A stretch of 64,000 bases of DNA from Oscarella lobularis. Its lineage: Eukaryota. The notes beneath the pieces are model-generated. The model had not been told where the DNA came from. It worked only from the letters and a program-made list of their open reading frames with translations, and searched no databases. Shown here piece after piece: positions 43,911 through 56,353 of the stretch. The stretch spans positions 1,110,690 through 1,174,689 of the forward strand of contig NC_089192.1 of the NCBI RefSeq assembly GCF_947507565.1, read 5' to 3'. The position numbers and the translations under genes are program-made. The first letter of the stretch is position 1, and every line of letters starts with the position of its first letter.

Positions 43911-44613
43911 TGTCCCGTAGGAATTTCGAACGTTCCCGTATTAAACAAATGACGACACGGAAGAAGGCCGATTCAAGAGCGGCTGCTTCCACCGCTGTGT
44001 TTACAAAGGTACGTTTTTATTGCTCTTGCGTGCATTTGACTCAGCCGGCGGGTGCTGTGCAAAAAGGAAAGAGGCGCTTGTTGCGGTTGCTATGCAAACA
44101 AACTGCCGTTGACTCTGCCGAAGGTCGTCTTTCCCAGTCGACGCGGACCTATTGGAATATTCAACCAGCGCAGTCTCGTCTTGAGCAGTGGAAAGACTAT
44201 GCAGCCGAAACGTCCTCGCACCGTAGGAATAGTGAGCTGGAGGGAGACCACGGAGACAACGAACGATATGCAGACAATCCGAAACTTCGTTCACGTTTCT
44301 GTTCGTATTTTTTGCAAATATACATTCTTGTTTTTTTTCTATTTTTTAATTTTAGCCGGTTGCAGAGGACTTTGCGAGAAACTTGAAGTTGTCCGGGACT
44401 TCGGTGAAGACGCATCATCGCGGTGCGGCGTTCGCCGCACAATGGCATCCCGATACTTCGAATTGCGGCGTTATTCATCCGGCTCATTTGACGGAAACGG
44501 TAGACACGTGGCTCGCCCAGCGGCGAAAATTAATTAGAACGGCCGATTCAAAAAGCCGAACGCGACAGTATCAGTATCAGTATTCAGGGTTACCCAACGG
44601 AAAAAAATGTTGA
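43910..44613 (+). CDS. Hypothetical small basic protein, 3 exons, middle-exon frame ambiguous
   Basis: Exon 1 'MSRRNFERSRIKQMTTRKKADSRAAASTAVFTK' ends at a consensus GTACGT donor. The last exon, after acceptor 'ttttaattttag' at about 44355, ends at 44613. The middle exon has two plausible frames (ORFs 43910 and 44052). Confidence 0.3.
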
Positions 44614-44713
44614 ATTGATTTTTTGCAATATAGTTTACAGAAGTTGAGTACAGTTACGGCAGTTGCTACGTACGGGCCACTACTCTAGCATAGCAACAGC
44701 GAAAAGTCCGAAG

Positions 44714-46902
44714 ATGCCGAGGAAAAAGGAGACAGGCGAGGCCGCCGTCGAAGAGGCAAGCGTCGTAGACGTTGCATAAGCGTTCTAAGGCAACGTGCGC
44801 TCTCCTCAGTCGTTCGATCCGTTGGATTTGCTCACGAAAGAGCCGAAAACAGTCGTTCTCACGCTGAAATCGTCCGAAGGCGTCGTCGTCGCGCGTGCAT
44901 GCGAAGCGCTGCAGAAATTCGCTGAAAAATGTGCGCGAAAGACGCGTGCGAATCCCCGAATATTCGAAACAGAGTCGCGTTTTCCCGTTTTCCCGTTCGA
45001 TAGCCGCTAAAAATCAACTCGAATTGACGAAACTCAATGCAATTGGACCGCTTCTCGATTTGCTTCGATCGAAAGACGAAGCGTTGCGCGCTCACGCCGC
45101 CGTTTGCGTCGCCACCATGGCAACCAATCGTGAGAAAAAATTTTCGAAATAATTTCGCGAGTCGATAAATATTTCCAAATAGGCGACGTTCGAAATCTAT
45201 TGAGAAAACTCGGAGCTATACCATTGCTAATCGAATTATTAGCGAATACTGGTAACGCTCATAGAACAATATTTTTAATTAATTAACTTGGGGATTTCTT
45301 TTTTGGTAGATAATGTTATTAGTCAAGAGCGAGCGAGCTGCGGTTTAGCGTCTCTTGTTGAAGAATACTCGGGCAAGGCTATAGCCGTCGAACATGGGGC
45401 TATTCCCGCTTTGCTGTCTCTTCTCGCTTCACCAGACTGTGATACGCAAGTGAGAGAATAAACCCCTTATGGTTCATTATTTCCTAGCTGATGTTCTATT
45501 ATATAGAAAAATGCTATCAGAGCTCTTCTCTTGATAACGGACGATTACAAGGGAAGACCGGAGTTGAGGACTCGCGACGATGGTGAAACCAAAACGTACG
45601 ATTTTCAATTTTAAATTAGTGACGTTGTTCTCCCTACTAGGTCTTTCCTCCGTATTGAATTTGCTCGATTCTGAGTATCCGGTTGTGCAGAAATTAGCGC
45701 TGGACACCCTGATACGTTGCTCGAGTGAAGGCACGATTTTTTCATTTAATTAATTAAATAATTAATTATTGAGGCAATTTTTTTAGTTGAGAGTCGGACT
45801 GCTTTGAGAGAGCTGGGAGCTTCGAGTCGGCTTGTTGAAATTCTACAAAACAAGGTACACAGTAATCGGGAAAATTCATTGTTTAATGTATTGATATTTT
45901 CTATAAGGAATTTCATGATCTGCACTTGCCTGTTCTTCACATTCTATCCTACTGCTTGTCGGACCCTGAGACAGCAATCGTACGCTAACGCCGCTTCATT
46001 TGTTAGGGTCTTATTTATCATCCTCCTTCTTATCTTAGACGATTCAGGGTTCTGGACATCTCCAGATGCTCGTTGATTTTGCGAGACAGTCAACGCTGCC
46101 AGAATCGCAGCAGCACGCCGTCAGTCTAAATAAATAATATAGATTAATAAATAGTATTTGATTTTCTTCTTCTTCAAGGTCGCTGCCCTGTCTCGAGCCG
46201 CCGAAAACGAAAGCGTGCGAAAGAACCTTCACGAAACGAACATAGAAGAACTGCTAATTTCTCTAATGACAAGCAACGTACGTGCACATCGTAAAATTCT
46301 CCTTTTCAGCAATTTACACTTTATCGTAGCATATGGGCGTGGCAAAGTCCGCACTCGAAGCGTCAGCCGTAATGGCGAAAAGTGCAGTGGCAAAACACAC
46401 TCTGGCGGAACAAGGTAAATACCTCAAATTTTTTTATGTCGTAGCCTACATATATTTGTTTAGGGGCTATCAACTGTCTCATGCAGCTTTTGGTGAGAGA
46501 AGAGATGGAAATCAAAGAACTCGCCCTCATGACTCTCGCCACCCTGTCCCAGCCCGATTCGGCGTCTAGTTCATTTATATCGAAGTCTCTGCTCAAAACT
46601 CATCTAAATTTTATATCATTTAATAATTCATTATCTAGACTTATAGTGGAGAACGGGGGAATGCAACCCATTGTCGCCTTTTTAACCGAGAAGACGTCAA
46701 CTCCGTCCATTTTCGCCAACGTCGCCGCATGTCTTGCGAACGTCGCCGAAGAAGGTACACTCGACATGCGCGCCAAAGCCAAAACGAAAACGAAAAGCGA
46801 ATTTGTATACTGCGTATAGAATATTTACGATCGTTCATGCTCGATGAAGATGTAGTCGTTTCCGGTCTCGTTGCTTTATTGCGATCGAGGTAACGCTAAT
46901 CT

Positions 46903-46933
<31 letters not shown>

Positions 46934-48349
46934 TCTTTTTTGTAGTGACGACGCCGTTCAGAAGCAGGCTGCTTCCGCTCTTGCTTCCCTCTTCACCGAT
47001 GCACGTGCAAGACATCAAGTAATGGACGTTTCATTAACTAATCGTTTATTTATATGAAGACATACAGTACGTATCTTTTTCTTAGTTTCAACTTCATTCG
47101 GGTCTCGGTCCTCTTCTCGGTTTGCTTTATTCGAAAAATTCTGACGTCAGAAAAAGCGCTTCGCGTGCTCTGTCCGGTTGCGCGTCCGATTCGGTGCTAG
47201 CCAATCAGATTTGTTCGCAAAGGTAACCTCTACTATATGTCACAAACTTAGATAGACCTAACTGCACTTTAGCGGGCTCGAAAGGCTTCAAGAATTGATA
47301 GAAAATCGCAAGTGGTCTTGGGAAGCAAAGTGTTTCGAATTTGCCCTAAAATGTGCACTCGACAACTGCCTTCCGGCGAAGTATTGGCTGGAGGGCTATC
47401 TCGCGCCGACGGACATCATTCAAGACGGGTTCTACGACATGGGACAAGTAAGCATCATTTATGCATATATGATATCAATTAATATACTCGTTGTTTTTCA
47501 AGGCTTTTCCTGGGAAGAAGTTCTTGCCTTTGGAGGACGCGTACAAGCTCGAAATGAGCCATCAGGTGCGAACTATACTGCTCGTCAACGGAAAGGAGGA
47601 TCAGCATCATCATCATCATCATCACCAAGGCAACGAATTGGGAAGTCGACCCGCGTCGGAAATGGAATTGAAGCCGCCTCAAGATCCGAAGGAGAGAGCG
47701 TCGACGAAGCTGGCGAAAGGAAAGAAGAAGAAAGAAAAAGAGACAACTTTTGTCAATACTGTCGCTGCTGCCAAGGAGACCAGTGTCGGTGACCATGGCA
47801 ACCAAGGCGACTCTAATCATCAGAACGAATTTCAACCGCCGGCAGATCCCGTATTCAAATCCTACATCGATGATGTCAGAAATTCGATTCTACCTCTCGC
47901 CGACGAAGGCAGTCAAATTCGTCTTCTCGCCGAATTTGTTTTTGAAAAAATGGGCGGGGCCATTCCGAGAGGATCATTCAAGTCGGAAATGCTCGTCGCC
48001 GGATCTGATGTTCTCGTGAAGAAAGAATTGCAGTGCAACGTCGTGCCGATCGGTCGCGTCACCATGGGAACGTCTCGTCATCGCGCTCTTCTATTCAAAG
48101 CGCTTGCCGATCGTTTAGCCATACCTTGCTCCGTTGTGCGAGGAAAGTATGGGAGAACGTATAACGAAGTCTTTCTTTCAAATATTGGGAAGGTATTAAT
48201 TGGTCTGAGTTTGTATGACGTCATGCTGCATATTTGGTCTCTAGGATGGCGAGGCTCTGAAGCGGAGGGCATATATAGTTGATTTGTTGTACGAACCGGG
48301 CAAACTTATGTTAGATCACACTAGACAGGCAGAAGAGTACAAGAACTAA
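44714..48349 (+). CDS. ARMC3: Armadillo repeat-containing protein 3 (ARM repeats plus a C-terminal EDR1-like domain), multi-exon
   Basis: Exon 1 'MPRKKETGEAAVEEAS', then 'FDPLDLLTKEPKTVVLTLKSSEGVVVARACEALQKFAEK' (human ARMC3 'FDPLMIESKKAATVVLMLNSPEEEILAKACEAIYKFALKG'). A run of ARM-repeat exons follows from about 44990 to 47230. Then 'GFYDMGQ', then 'AFPGKKFLPLEDAYKLE...' with a (His)7 tract at 47604-47624. The C-terminal EDR1 domain is 'SYIDDVRNSILPLADEGSQIRLLAEFVFEKMGGAIP...NVVPIGRVTMGTSRHRALLFKALADRLAIPCSVVRGKYGRTYNEVFL', near-identical in pattern to human 'ALLFKALADRIGIGCSLVRGEYGRAWNEVML'. The final exon '...YIVDLLYEPGKLMLDHTRQAEEYKN*' ends with stop 48347-48349. Confidence 0.8.
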
Positions 48350-48540
48350 ACAAGGCAAGTGCTTTGAACTGTTAGTATATCATTTTATGCCACGCCTCTC
48401 GGCGAAAACTCTCGGCGAACACATTGGGATTATGTTAACTATCGTTATCCGGGCCCCTCTCGTTTCATTCACTGACATTCAGTCGCCAGAATCTCCTTCG
48501 GAGAGACGCTTCGTTAGCTCAGGCATTGTTTGATCGACGG

Positions 48541-49905
48541 CATGGATAAGTCTGCGACGCAGCGAAACGCAATCTTGTTCCAGCACAGTTTCTTCGAGGT
48601 AAACTCACTCGAATTCTCTCGCGTAGTCGATTTATGCTCGAATAAAACACGTAGATGCTGGAGGAGTTGAAAATGAGAAGGGTAATAATGAGAAATTAAA
48701 AAAAATGAAGGCGACTTATAATGTGACGTCATTTGACAGACGTTGACAGCGCAGAACGAAAAACGCATAAGACAAGTTGTTGAACAGCATCATCAGATGG
48801 AAAAGGAAAAGGCAAATTTTTTAAATTTTATTTCGACTTTTTTTCTACTTTCCACTCACACTGTCATAGGCGGACTTATCAAGGGAATATCAGTTGATGA
48901 TGGAAAGGCACGAAGAAGAAATTCAATTGCTTCGACAGCAGTACGAAGACAAAGTTCAGTCATTGGAAGATCAAATGGTCAGTAGAAGTATTTATTTATT
49001 TATTTATTTATTTGTGATTTGATCTCTTATAGGTTGTTCTATCTCTTTCTGTCGAGTCGAAGCAAAAGGAAATTACCGCTTTGAAGGAGGAGCTGGGATC
49101 CTTGCGACAGGATAAGTACGAAGTGGAGCGAATCAATGCAGAACTGGTTCCTAGGAGATGAGGGGGGCAAACAAGTTGACGCTATTTTGAATCAGTGTCC
49201 CCTTTGTGCCTAGTCTCAGAGCCTTCAAATTCAATCTTCGTGCAAAGAACCGTTGGTCAACAAAATGACTGACATCGAAGAGAAGCTGTTGCACGTGAAC
49301 GAAGTCAAGTTGGACGTCCAAAAGCAATTGACAAAACTCCAGCAAAACGGTCAGCGATTAGAAAGAGTCGCGTCTATTAAAACCTATTTAATAATTGGCA
49401 AAGAGTACTAGACTACCAAAAATAAAATAATGACGAATATATTTATTATTTATTTATTTATTTATTAAATAAATACCTAGCAGTTGTCTCTCTGAATATT
49501 CTTTGAGAAGGCCATGTGACGTTTACTTTTTTATTTCCTTCTTTAGTTGATTCCGCTGTGGCATTTAATCAAAAGCTCCACTTCCTCCACGAGCAGCACG
49601 ACGACGAGGTGGTGACGCTGAGACGCGAGCTATCGGCCAAGTGCGCGCAAATCGTTCAAGGTCGAGAGACGGAAATGAAGACAAAAGACGACGACGCGCG
49701 AGACGCCGACGTCGAAAAGGAGCTCGCTCTCCAGAAAGAAGTCACTCGACGACTGACGGATCAGATCGAGAGCATGACAGACGATCGCAAGAAAATGGAA
49801 AAATTGCTACGCGACGCCCACGAAATCATAGAAAAATCGCTCGTCGGAAAGGAGAAGAGGAACGAAGTGGAGGAAATCATGGAGATTCCGACTGCAGAGG
49901 AATAA
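48541..49905 (+). CDS. Hypothetical coiled-coil protein, multi-exon
   Basis: Start 'MDKSATQRNAILFQHSFFE' with donor GTAAAC. Exons include 'QNEKRIRQVVEQHHQMEKEK', 'LIKGISVDDGKARRRNSIASTAVRRQSSVIGRSNG', 'VVLSLSVESKQKEITALKEELGSLRQDKYEVERINAEL', 'SLQIQSSCKEPLVNKMTDIEEKLLHVNEVKLDVQKQLTKLQQNGQ' and the terminal ORF 49516..49905 '...LHFLHEQHDDEVVTLRRELSAKCAQIVQGRETEMK...EIMEIPTAEE*'. Introns carry (TTTA)n runs. Confidence 0.45.
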
Positions 49906-49958
49906 ATGACGACGAGACGACTCAAAATTCTATTGCTACAACTACGTGGAGGCTACTG

Positions 49959-50992
49959 CTATTGCTCGTCGTCTGGAGTCGGATTTGTTTTCTGACTTCC
50001 AACTACTTCGTCCAGAACTTCCATAGACTTATCCTTCTCGCCCTGTGTTCCCGACTCATCGGTTGTTGTTTTTGTTGCCGCCGCTTCGGCTTCCTGTTTG
50101 GCTTTCGTCGCCGCTTCGGCCTCTTCTTCCTCTCGCAGTTGATCGAACTTGTCGTGGCCCCACGATACCGGGCTAGTGTCTCTTCCGCCGCCGCCGCCGC
50201 CACCGCCGCCGCCAAAGCCGCCGCTGCTGTAATAGGATGCCCCCGCGCTGTGACGCCGATTGCCACGCAGTCTCGGATCGTTGTCCATCCGATTGTCATG
50301 CTACGAGCAGAAGGTAAGTTTATGTATGTACGTGAGGAAATTGTTTGAGGCGTATGAAAAAAAGTCTACAACCATTTCCTTACTACTGATACCTCCTCTA
50401 TGGGTTTCCTACTACTGTATAAAAGGCGTACACCAAATCGTGTGTATGACGTAATGTACTACACTCAATTTATTATTATTATTATTGTTTCTTACCAGAA
50501 AATATCTGCTATTTCGGGGAACGTCTTCCGGATTAAGATAATCGATGTCTCTCATCTGCTGGAATCCGCCTCCTCGACCACGCGGCGACGGTCCGCCGCC
50601 TCTCCATCTCATAGGATATCTTCCCCTTCCGAATCCCATACCGCGACCCCAACCGCCGCCACCGCGCGCGCCCCGGCCGCCGCCGCGCTCCATGTCCGCA
50701 TCGTGCGCTGGTGGCGGATTCGACTCGCCCCATCTTCCCCATCGCTCGTCGTCCCGGTGATAACGGCCGCGGTCTTCGTAACGCGACGCCACGCCTCTGC
50801 GAATGTACGGCGGACTGCTGCGACGGCGACGAATGCGATCCCATTCGTCGGGCGTCGTGCCAGCGCCGCCGTGCCATTTTCTGTCGCGATCTCTGTCTCT
50901 CTCGTCTCGCCAGTGTCGCTGATCGCGCCCGTAGCCCGAGGAGTCTCTCGGATTCCTCTCGTAGGGCCTCCTGTCGCGCTCCCGACTAAATT
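49959..50992 (-). CDS. RD/RG/RGG-rich low-complexity protein (2 exons)
   Basis: Minus-strand exon about 50992-50494: 'RERDRRPYERNPRDSSGYGRDQRHWRDERDRDRDRKWHGGAGTTPDEWDRIRRRRSSPPYIRRGVASRYEDRGRYHRDDERWGRWGESNPPPAHDADMERGGGRGARGGGGWGRGMGFGRGRYPMRWRGGGPSPRGRGGGFQQMRDIDYLNPEDVPRNSRYFL', with donor GTAAGA. Intron about 50302-50493. Exon 50301-49959: 'HDNRMDNDPRLRGNRRHSAGASYYSSGGFGGGGGGGGGGRDTSPVSWGHDKFDQLREEEEAEAATKAKQE...DDEQ*'. SERBP1/HABP4-like composition, not a confident assignment. The 5' end is unresolved. Confidence 0.4.
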
Positions 50993-51204
50993 TGCACCGT
51001 TTGAAACGTGGCTGGGTCTCGGCGCTTCGCTACCTTCGCGATCTTCTCGAGTTTCGATACTCGGGCATTCTGTGTACAAGCGTTTACGTTTACGCGTATC
51101 ACGCGTGCGCGAAAGTGCGCGAACAGGACGCACCGACGCAGAGTTTGACCAGAGACTTACAGTGTACGGAACTGACGGACGGGCAAACAGAAAGGCAAAG
51201 CGTA

Positions 51205-52056
51205 TTAAGTCAAGGAAATGACAAGTATAACAATAAGAATTCCCATTGCCACAGCTTCAAGAAAGAGTTTTACGACTACGGCTACTCCTAGGCATAGCGA
51301 TTTTCCTTCACCGTCTCTTTCTTCACTGTCAGGGGGGTTTACATTGCTGCCCTTGGTCTGCAGTTCTATTTGATTTTTATCATTTTGAATGTTCAATTTT
51401 CTTTTTTGATTCAACTTCCACGCTCTGCAGGACATGACGATTATTTCAACGATTGATAGCAAGATGTGTACTCCTCTTCCAATGGTTGTGTACAAATAGG
51501 CATTGAACTCATCGTGTCCATAAAGATATTCTCCATAAAGATAATCACCCCCTGAGAATTTTTCACTGTTTGTCAAGACCAATGTCAGAGAAAGTCCGTA
51601 AGCAGCAACACTTCCAATCATTGACAGGATACTGAAAGACTCGTTTGCGCAAGCAAAACGATTTTTTCGAAGTTGGCAGCATTCTTTTTCGAGTTGGCAG
51701 CATTCTTTTTTATTGCACGCGCGACGACCTGTCAAGCCGACCTTAGACACTTGAAGAACGAATTCAAGACCGGCTACAGCAATCAAACACACGTATATTA
51801 TCCAAATTTGATTGTCATCAAGTGAAGACGCCAGGCTGGTGTTTTTGAAATTGTGAAACGTATACGCGGCGTAAACAACTTCAAAACCGCGCACAAGAAG
51901 TGTGGCTATAGTGAAGATGATCGCCAGGCTAATATATTTTCCAGAGAGCGGAGTCGCCACATCGAGTGATTTACCAAAATCTACACAAAGCGCTTCTAAT
52001 GCGTCAAAAGCCTGGGTCACGTCGTGCACCGTCATCGGTAAAGACTGAGTACTCAC
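51205..52056 (-). CDS. Four-transmembrane (tetraspan-like) protein, 283 aa
   Basis: ORF 51205..52056. Four hydrophobic segments: 'ISLAIIFTIATLLV', 'IWIIYVCLIAVAGLEFVL', 'FSILSMIGSVAAYGLSLTLVL' and 'LYTTIGRGVHILLSIVEIIVM'. A Cys-rich loop reads 'CNKKECCQLEKECCQLRKNRFAC'. No confident family assignment. Confidence 0.4.
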   Translation of the reverse strand: MSTQSLPMTVHDVTQAFDALEALCVDFGKSLDVATPLSGKYISLAIIFTIATLLVRGFEVVYAAYTFHNFKNTSLASSLDDNQIWIIYVCLIAVAGLEFVLQVSKVGLTGRRACNKKECCQLEKECCQLRKNRFACANESFSILSMIGSVAAYGLSLTLVLTNSEKFSGGDYLYGEYLYGHDEFNAYLYTTIGRGVHILLSIVEIIVMSCRAWKLNQKRKLNIQNDKNQIELQTKGSNVNPPDSEERDGEGKSLCLGVAVVVKLFLEAVAMGILIVILVISLT

Positions 52057-52481
52057 GATCTCGTCGGTTGAGATCCAACTGCACGTGAGCCAGTTAAAGC
52101 ACAGCCGTCACATGACCTGCATCTCGTGAGAAAAATCATTATTTCCTTCGAGCTTCTTATGAAACTGTCCACGCGCGAGTCGTCATTTTTTGACTGCAAC
52201 GTCCGTTTTCTGTTTTGGAGTCTTCATTCCTCTGCTGCAACATAGCAGTTGATGGTAACCAAGCACGATTTTCAGTTTCTTATGCATATAGTAACCGCAT
52301 TTGTCCTATTCAGCCAAGCATCGCGTCTTGTCTATCGGTCAAGTTGGCATCAGACAGTGGATGACTACTGGTAACTATGAATGCATAAAATAACTAACTG
52401 GTTAACAGCTAAGCATTTTCTAGAGAGAACTACCAAAAGCGAGTCAATATGAAAGTGAAATACATGCCAGTGTCACGCCAA

Positions 52482-53909
52482 CTACTTGGCAGATGCCAAC
52501 GACCTAGCATTGGCATATACCGAATCTGTATCACAGTAGATAAGCTCGATATGCCGCTTCTCGTCGTTCTTCAACTCGAACTCCGGTCTCCCGTGCATAA
52601 CGCGCAAATTATCAAAAACAACTATCTCGCCGGGCTGAAGTTTGACTCGAACCAAGAAGCGCTCGTGATCGTGCAGAAGACGCATGAATCGATAGTAAGC
52701 TTCATACCAATGAAACAGCTCGTCTTTCGCCTTCACTGAAAACCGATCGCCTCGCATGTGATTACTGAGAAAAATCCCCTCCAACTCACCAAATCGATCA
52801 AGTCTAGGAGAAAGAATGCACCTCATATAGAATATGTACTGTCAAGTGAATTTACCTCAAGATGGGATGCCAACAGATGCTGTCATAGGCAATGTAATCG
52901 GTTCCAACGTCGCGATTGTAGCATTTGTATTCGCTTAGGATGCGAAACGCCTTGGGATATTCTCTTTTCAGATGATGCGCCGCGGCAAATCCGTCGCAAT
53001 ACCAAGTCGATCCGGCGTCGGAGCCGGACACCTGATGAATGCAGTGAAAAATTTGAAACTAGAGAGAGAGATAAGTAGAAGATAAAAAAAGAGTCTTCTC
53101 TAAGAAAGTAATTAGGTTACCTCTGGTGAATAGGCAATTGTAGGAAAATCCACGTGAAGAGTCAGTGTTCCCGAAGTGTAGGCAAGATGAGAAGGATCGC
53201 TAGTTGACTGCACCGTCATAAGATCACTAAAGGGGGAAACAAAGTACATATGTAAGCATACAGTATATATAATTATGGTCTCTCCATATGCTCCTATTCT
53301 AATCATACCCGTAGCTTGTGCGCTTTCTTCTTCTTCCCAATCGCTTTCCAAATTCGATCAATTCACTCCGCTCGGCTTTCGCTCCGTCCACTATGACCAA
53401 GCCGTGCGATCTCAATTTCGACAGGAGCTCGATTAGGCATCGATTCTCATCGAGCACTCGACGAAACTGAAATTTGAAAATATTTTCGCCGCAATAGTCG
53501 CTACCCCAATGAAATCGCTTAGCGGCGTTCCGGATGCAGGCGACGGCCAACTCCAATTCTTCGTCAGCCAATCGGCACTCAACGTCGTTCGATCACCAGA
53601 TGACCAATGGACAGTGAATTGAGACCCATTTCGACTCACTTCGACGTCTGTGACGATGATGTCGTCGGATCCACGCCGTAGCAATCCTTCGCTGGCTAGG
53701 CCTACTCCTGCATTTTGTCTTTGCCTCTCTTCCCAGACGTAAGCGTATGGGAGTCGATACGAGGCGCTCGTTTCGTCTTCGATCGTAAGTTCTCGTTTCT
53801 CAGGCGCTGATCGGACTGAGACTATGGAGCTTGAGCGTCGAGTGAGGGCGCGTGCTGCAAGACGACGTGCATATCCAATCGATAGCGAAACAAAGCGCCA
53901 TCCGTGCAT
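52482..53909 (-). CDS. Trimethyllysine / gamma-butyrobetaine dioxygenase family (TMLHE/BBOX1-like, carnitine biosynthesis), multi-exon
   Basis: The N-terminus 'MHGWRFVSLSIGYARRLAARALTRRSSS' looks like a mitochondrial presequence. 'SQFTVHWSSGDRTTLSADWL' matches BBOX1 'KVYITWPDEHYSEFQADWL' (DUF971). Exon 53571..: '...LSKLRSHGLVIVDGAKAERSELIEFGKRLG' (BBOX1 'STLKKVGIVRLTGASDKPGEVSKLGKRMG'). Exon about 53351..: 'SHLAYTSGTLTLHVDFP' (BBOX1 'NVAYTTGKLSFHTDYP'). Exon about 53040-52858: 'TWYCDGFAAAHHLKREYPKAFRILSEYKCYNRDVGTDYIAYDSI'. The terminal ORF 52482..52826 reads '...VKLQPGEIVVFDNLRVMHGR...' (BBOX1 'MNPGDVITFDNWRLLHGR'). Confidence 0.7.
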
Positions 53910-54137
53910 CTTTTGTTGTTATCCGGGCTTCGCGTTACGTCACGCTACCACGCCGGGAAAGAGCTACAGTATTCGTAAGATAAGGGGTCTTTACAAGGCC
54001 TAAACAAATAACGACGTACGCGTCTCAAACGAAAGAGCAACGGGTAAAAGCCATTTCGACTAAAACCCGTGACCATATCTTGAACTGCGCACGCGTGAAT
54101 CACCTTTTTCGTTCTTCGCCGTTTTCTGACTTTTCGC

Positions 54138-56353
54138 ATGTGGTCGGCTTGCTGCCCCTGCTTTCGAACGAAACAGACGTCAAATGGTCTCTACGAACCG
54201 CTTCTCTTGGAAAAAGAACGCGAGGCCGTCAACGATCTCCTCGAATTCCTGCAGAAGAGTACGAAATCCCTATTCCGTGCTCAGTTCTTACCTACGCGTC
54301 TCCCTTCAGCCGAAGGAGAGGCGAACATAACCGACGAACGCCTGCAAGCGCTCTGCACGCTCACCTACTCGGAAAACGTCGACCTTCAACGCTCCGCCGC
54401 CCTCTGCTTTTCGGAAATCAGCGAAAAACGTAAAAGAGAGCTATAGCACGGGGCGACATCGTTTCACTACGATTTTTTTTCAGTAACAACTCCAATTGAC
54501 GAGTCAATATTGGAGCCAATACTATCTCTCATACAATCGCAAGACACCGAAGTTCAGTCAGCCGCTTCAGTGGCTCTAAGCAACTTCGCTCTAATTGGAC
54601 CAGGTTAATTATTTAATTATTTAATTGAATTATTTAATTGAATTATTTATACTTTCTATTTGATGCTCTAAATAGTTGCTAACAAGGAAGTCATCGTTCG
54701 ATGCGGAGCCCTGCGCCCGTTGGTCGCTCTCCTGTCGTCGAGCAACGTCGACGTCCAGTGCAACGCGTGCGGATGCATGACGACGCTTGCAACGTCGGGT
54801 AACGTTCGTTCTCGCGCGCGTAATTCTCGTCTCGGAATGTTTCTCTTCCAGAGACGACGAAGCGTATGATCGTCGTCGAAGGCGCCGTCGGACCTCTCCT
54901 GCGTTTGGCGCGATCGAGAGATCCGCGCGTCCAGCGCAATGCCACGGGGACCCTATTGAATCTCACGCATCTCGGTGTGAACTAGAAAACGCTTCGATAC
55001 ATTTGTAACTTTTTTTTCTTGTATAGATGTAAATCGATTCGAATTGGCTAGGTTTGGAGCAATCCCCGTCTTCATTGGCCTGCTACAGAGTCGCGATTGC
55101 GACGTTCAGTATTACTGCGCTGCGGCCCTTAGCAACATGGCAGTTCACGGTAACCAGGCACAATATATATTTTTTCATTCATTTATGTTCTACTTCAGCT
55201 GAGCATCGCGTGTTGATGACTCAAATAGGAGGCGGTGACGTCGTACGGTACCTAATCAGTCTTCTGTCTATTGGAATCGATAAGGTCAAGTGTCAGTCGT
55301 GTCTCGCATTGAGAAACTTGGCATCAGACGGTGAACGAGATGTGAACGCTTCTCTTAATTCCTCAATGTTCCTTTGTAGGTTCAACTCAGATGCAGATAG
55401 TCGAGGCTGGCGGCCTCAAAGCGATTCATCCGCTCTTGAACGCAACCGACGTCGAATGCCAGACTGCCGCTATCGCGGCACTTCGAAATCTATCGATCCA
55501 TAAAGACAACGCTGTGATTAATTAATTTTTTGTATTGATTATTTGAGACTTGTTTCTCTTTCTTTCTCTCTGTCTTCAGGTCGCAATAGTTCGCGAGAAT
55601 TTTCTCGCCGACTTTTGCGTTTTGCTGGGCAATGACAACGAACCGGAAATCCAATGCCACACGGCGGGAACGCTGAGAAATCTGGCGACCGAGGACTTGA
55701 AAGATTCGATATTGAACTCGGGATGTCTCAAGACTCTAGCGACGGTTCTGCTGAGTGCGAACGAATCTAGCATTGTCCAATCAGAAGCAAGCGCCGCTTT
55801 GGCTGTATTAGCTGCAAATGGTACGAAATTATTTCTTCTATTAAAACGTGATTGTCATTGGATTGTTTCTAGTCAAGTGCCAAGAGGCCATAGTCGGATT
55901 CCACGACGGTCGGTTTATTCAGGTTGTCATGGAAATGGCTATGAATCACGGAAGCGAAGACGTTCGATATAACTGTCTGGGAATCATTGGTCACTTGGCC
56001 TTGAACGGTAAGAGTAAGACTCCTCTTTAATTAATAATGATATACAGTGTGCTTATACAGTAGTCAAACATATATTTATATATACTTTATGTTTTTTAGT
56101 TAATACTCACAAGACTCTGTTGAGTTGTCGACCGTCCGTGTTGGACGTCATTGACGTGTTTTTGAAATCGTCTGAAATCAGTCACGTTCACATTGGAATG
56201 TGGGCCACGTGTCACCTGTCAGAAGGCGCGGAGGAGACGAAGACTCTCATAAAGCAAGCGAAAGGATTCGAAATGATTTTGAAGTGGTCTGGCGACGATG
56301 CGGTGCCCGAAGTTAGGCAATTGGCTGAAACTATTATCAAGAATATAAAGTAG
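54138..56353 (+). CDS. Vac8-like armadillo-repeat protein, about 11 exons
   Basis: The N-terminus '[39 protein letters not shown]...[27 protein letters not shown]' resembles yeast Vac8 'MGSCCSCLKD...NEREAVTLLLGYLE...[26 protein letters not shown]'. ARM-repeat exons sit at about 54485-54605, 54675-54800, 54855-54970, 55030-55150, 55195-55330, 55380-55510, 55580-55830, 55862-56010 and 56100-56353 (stop). Introns are 45-70 nt. Confidence 0.65.
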
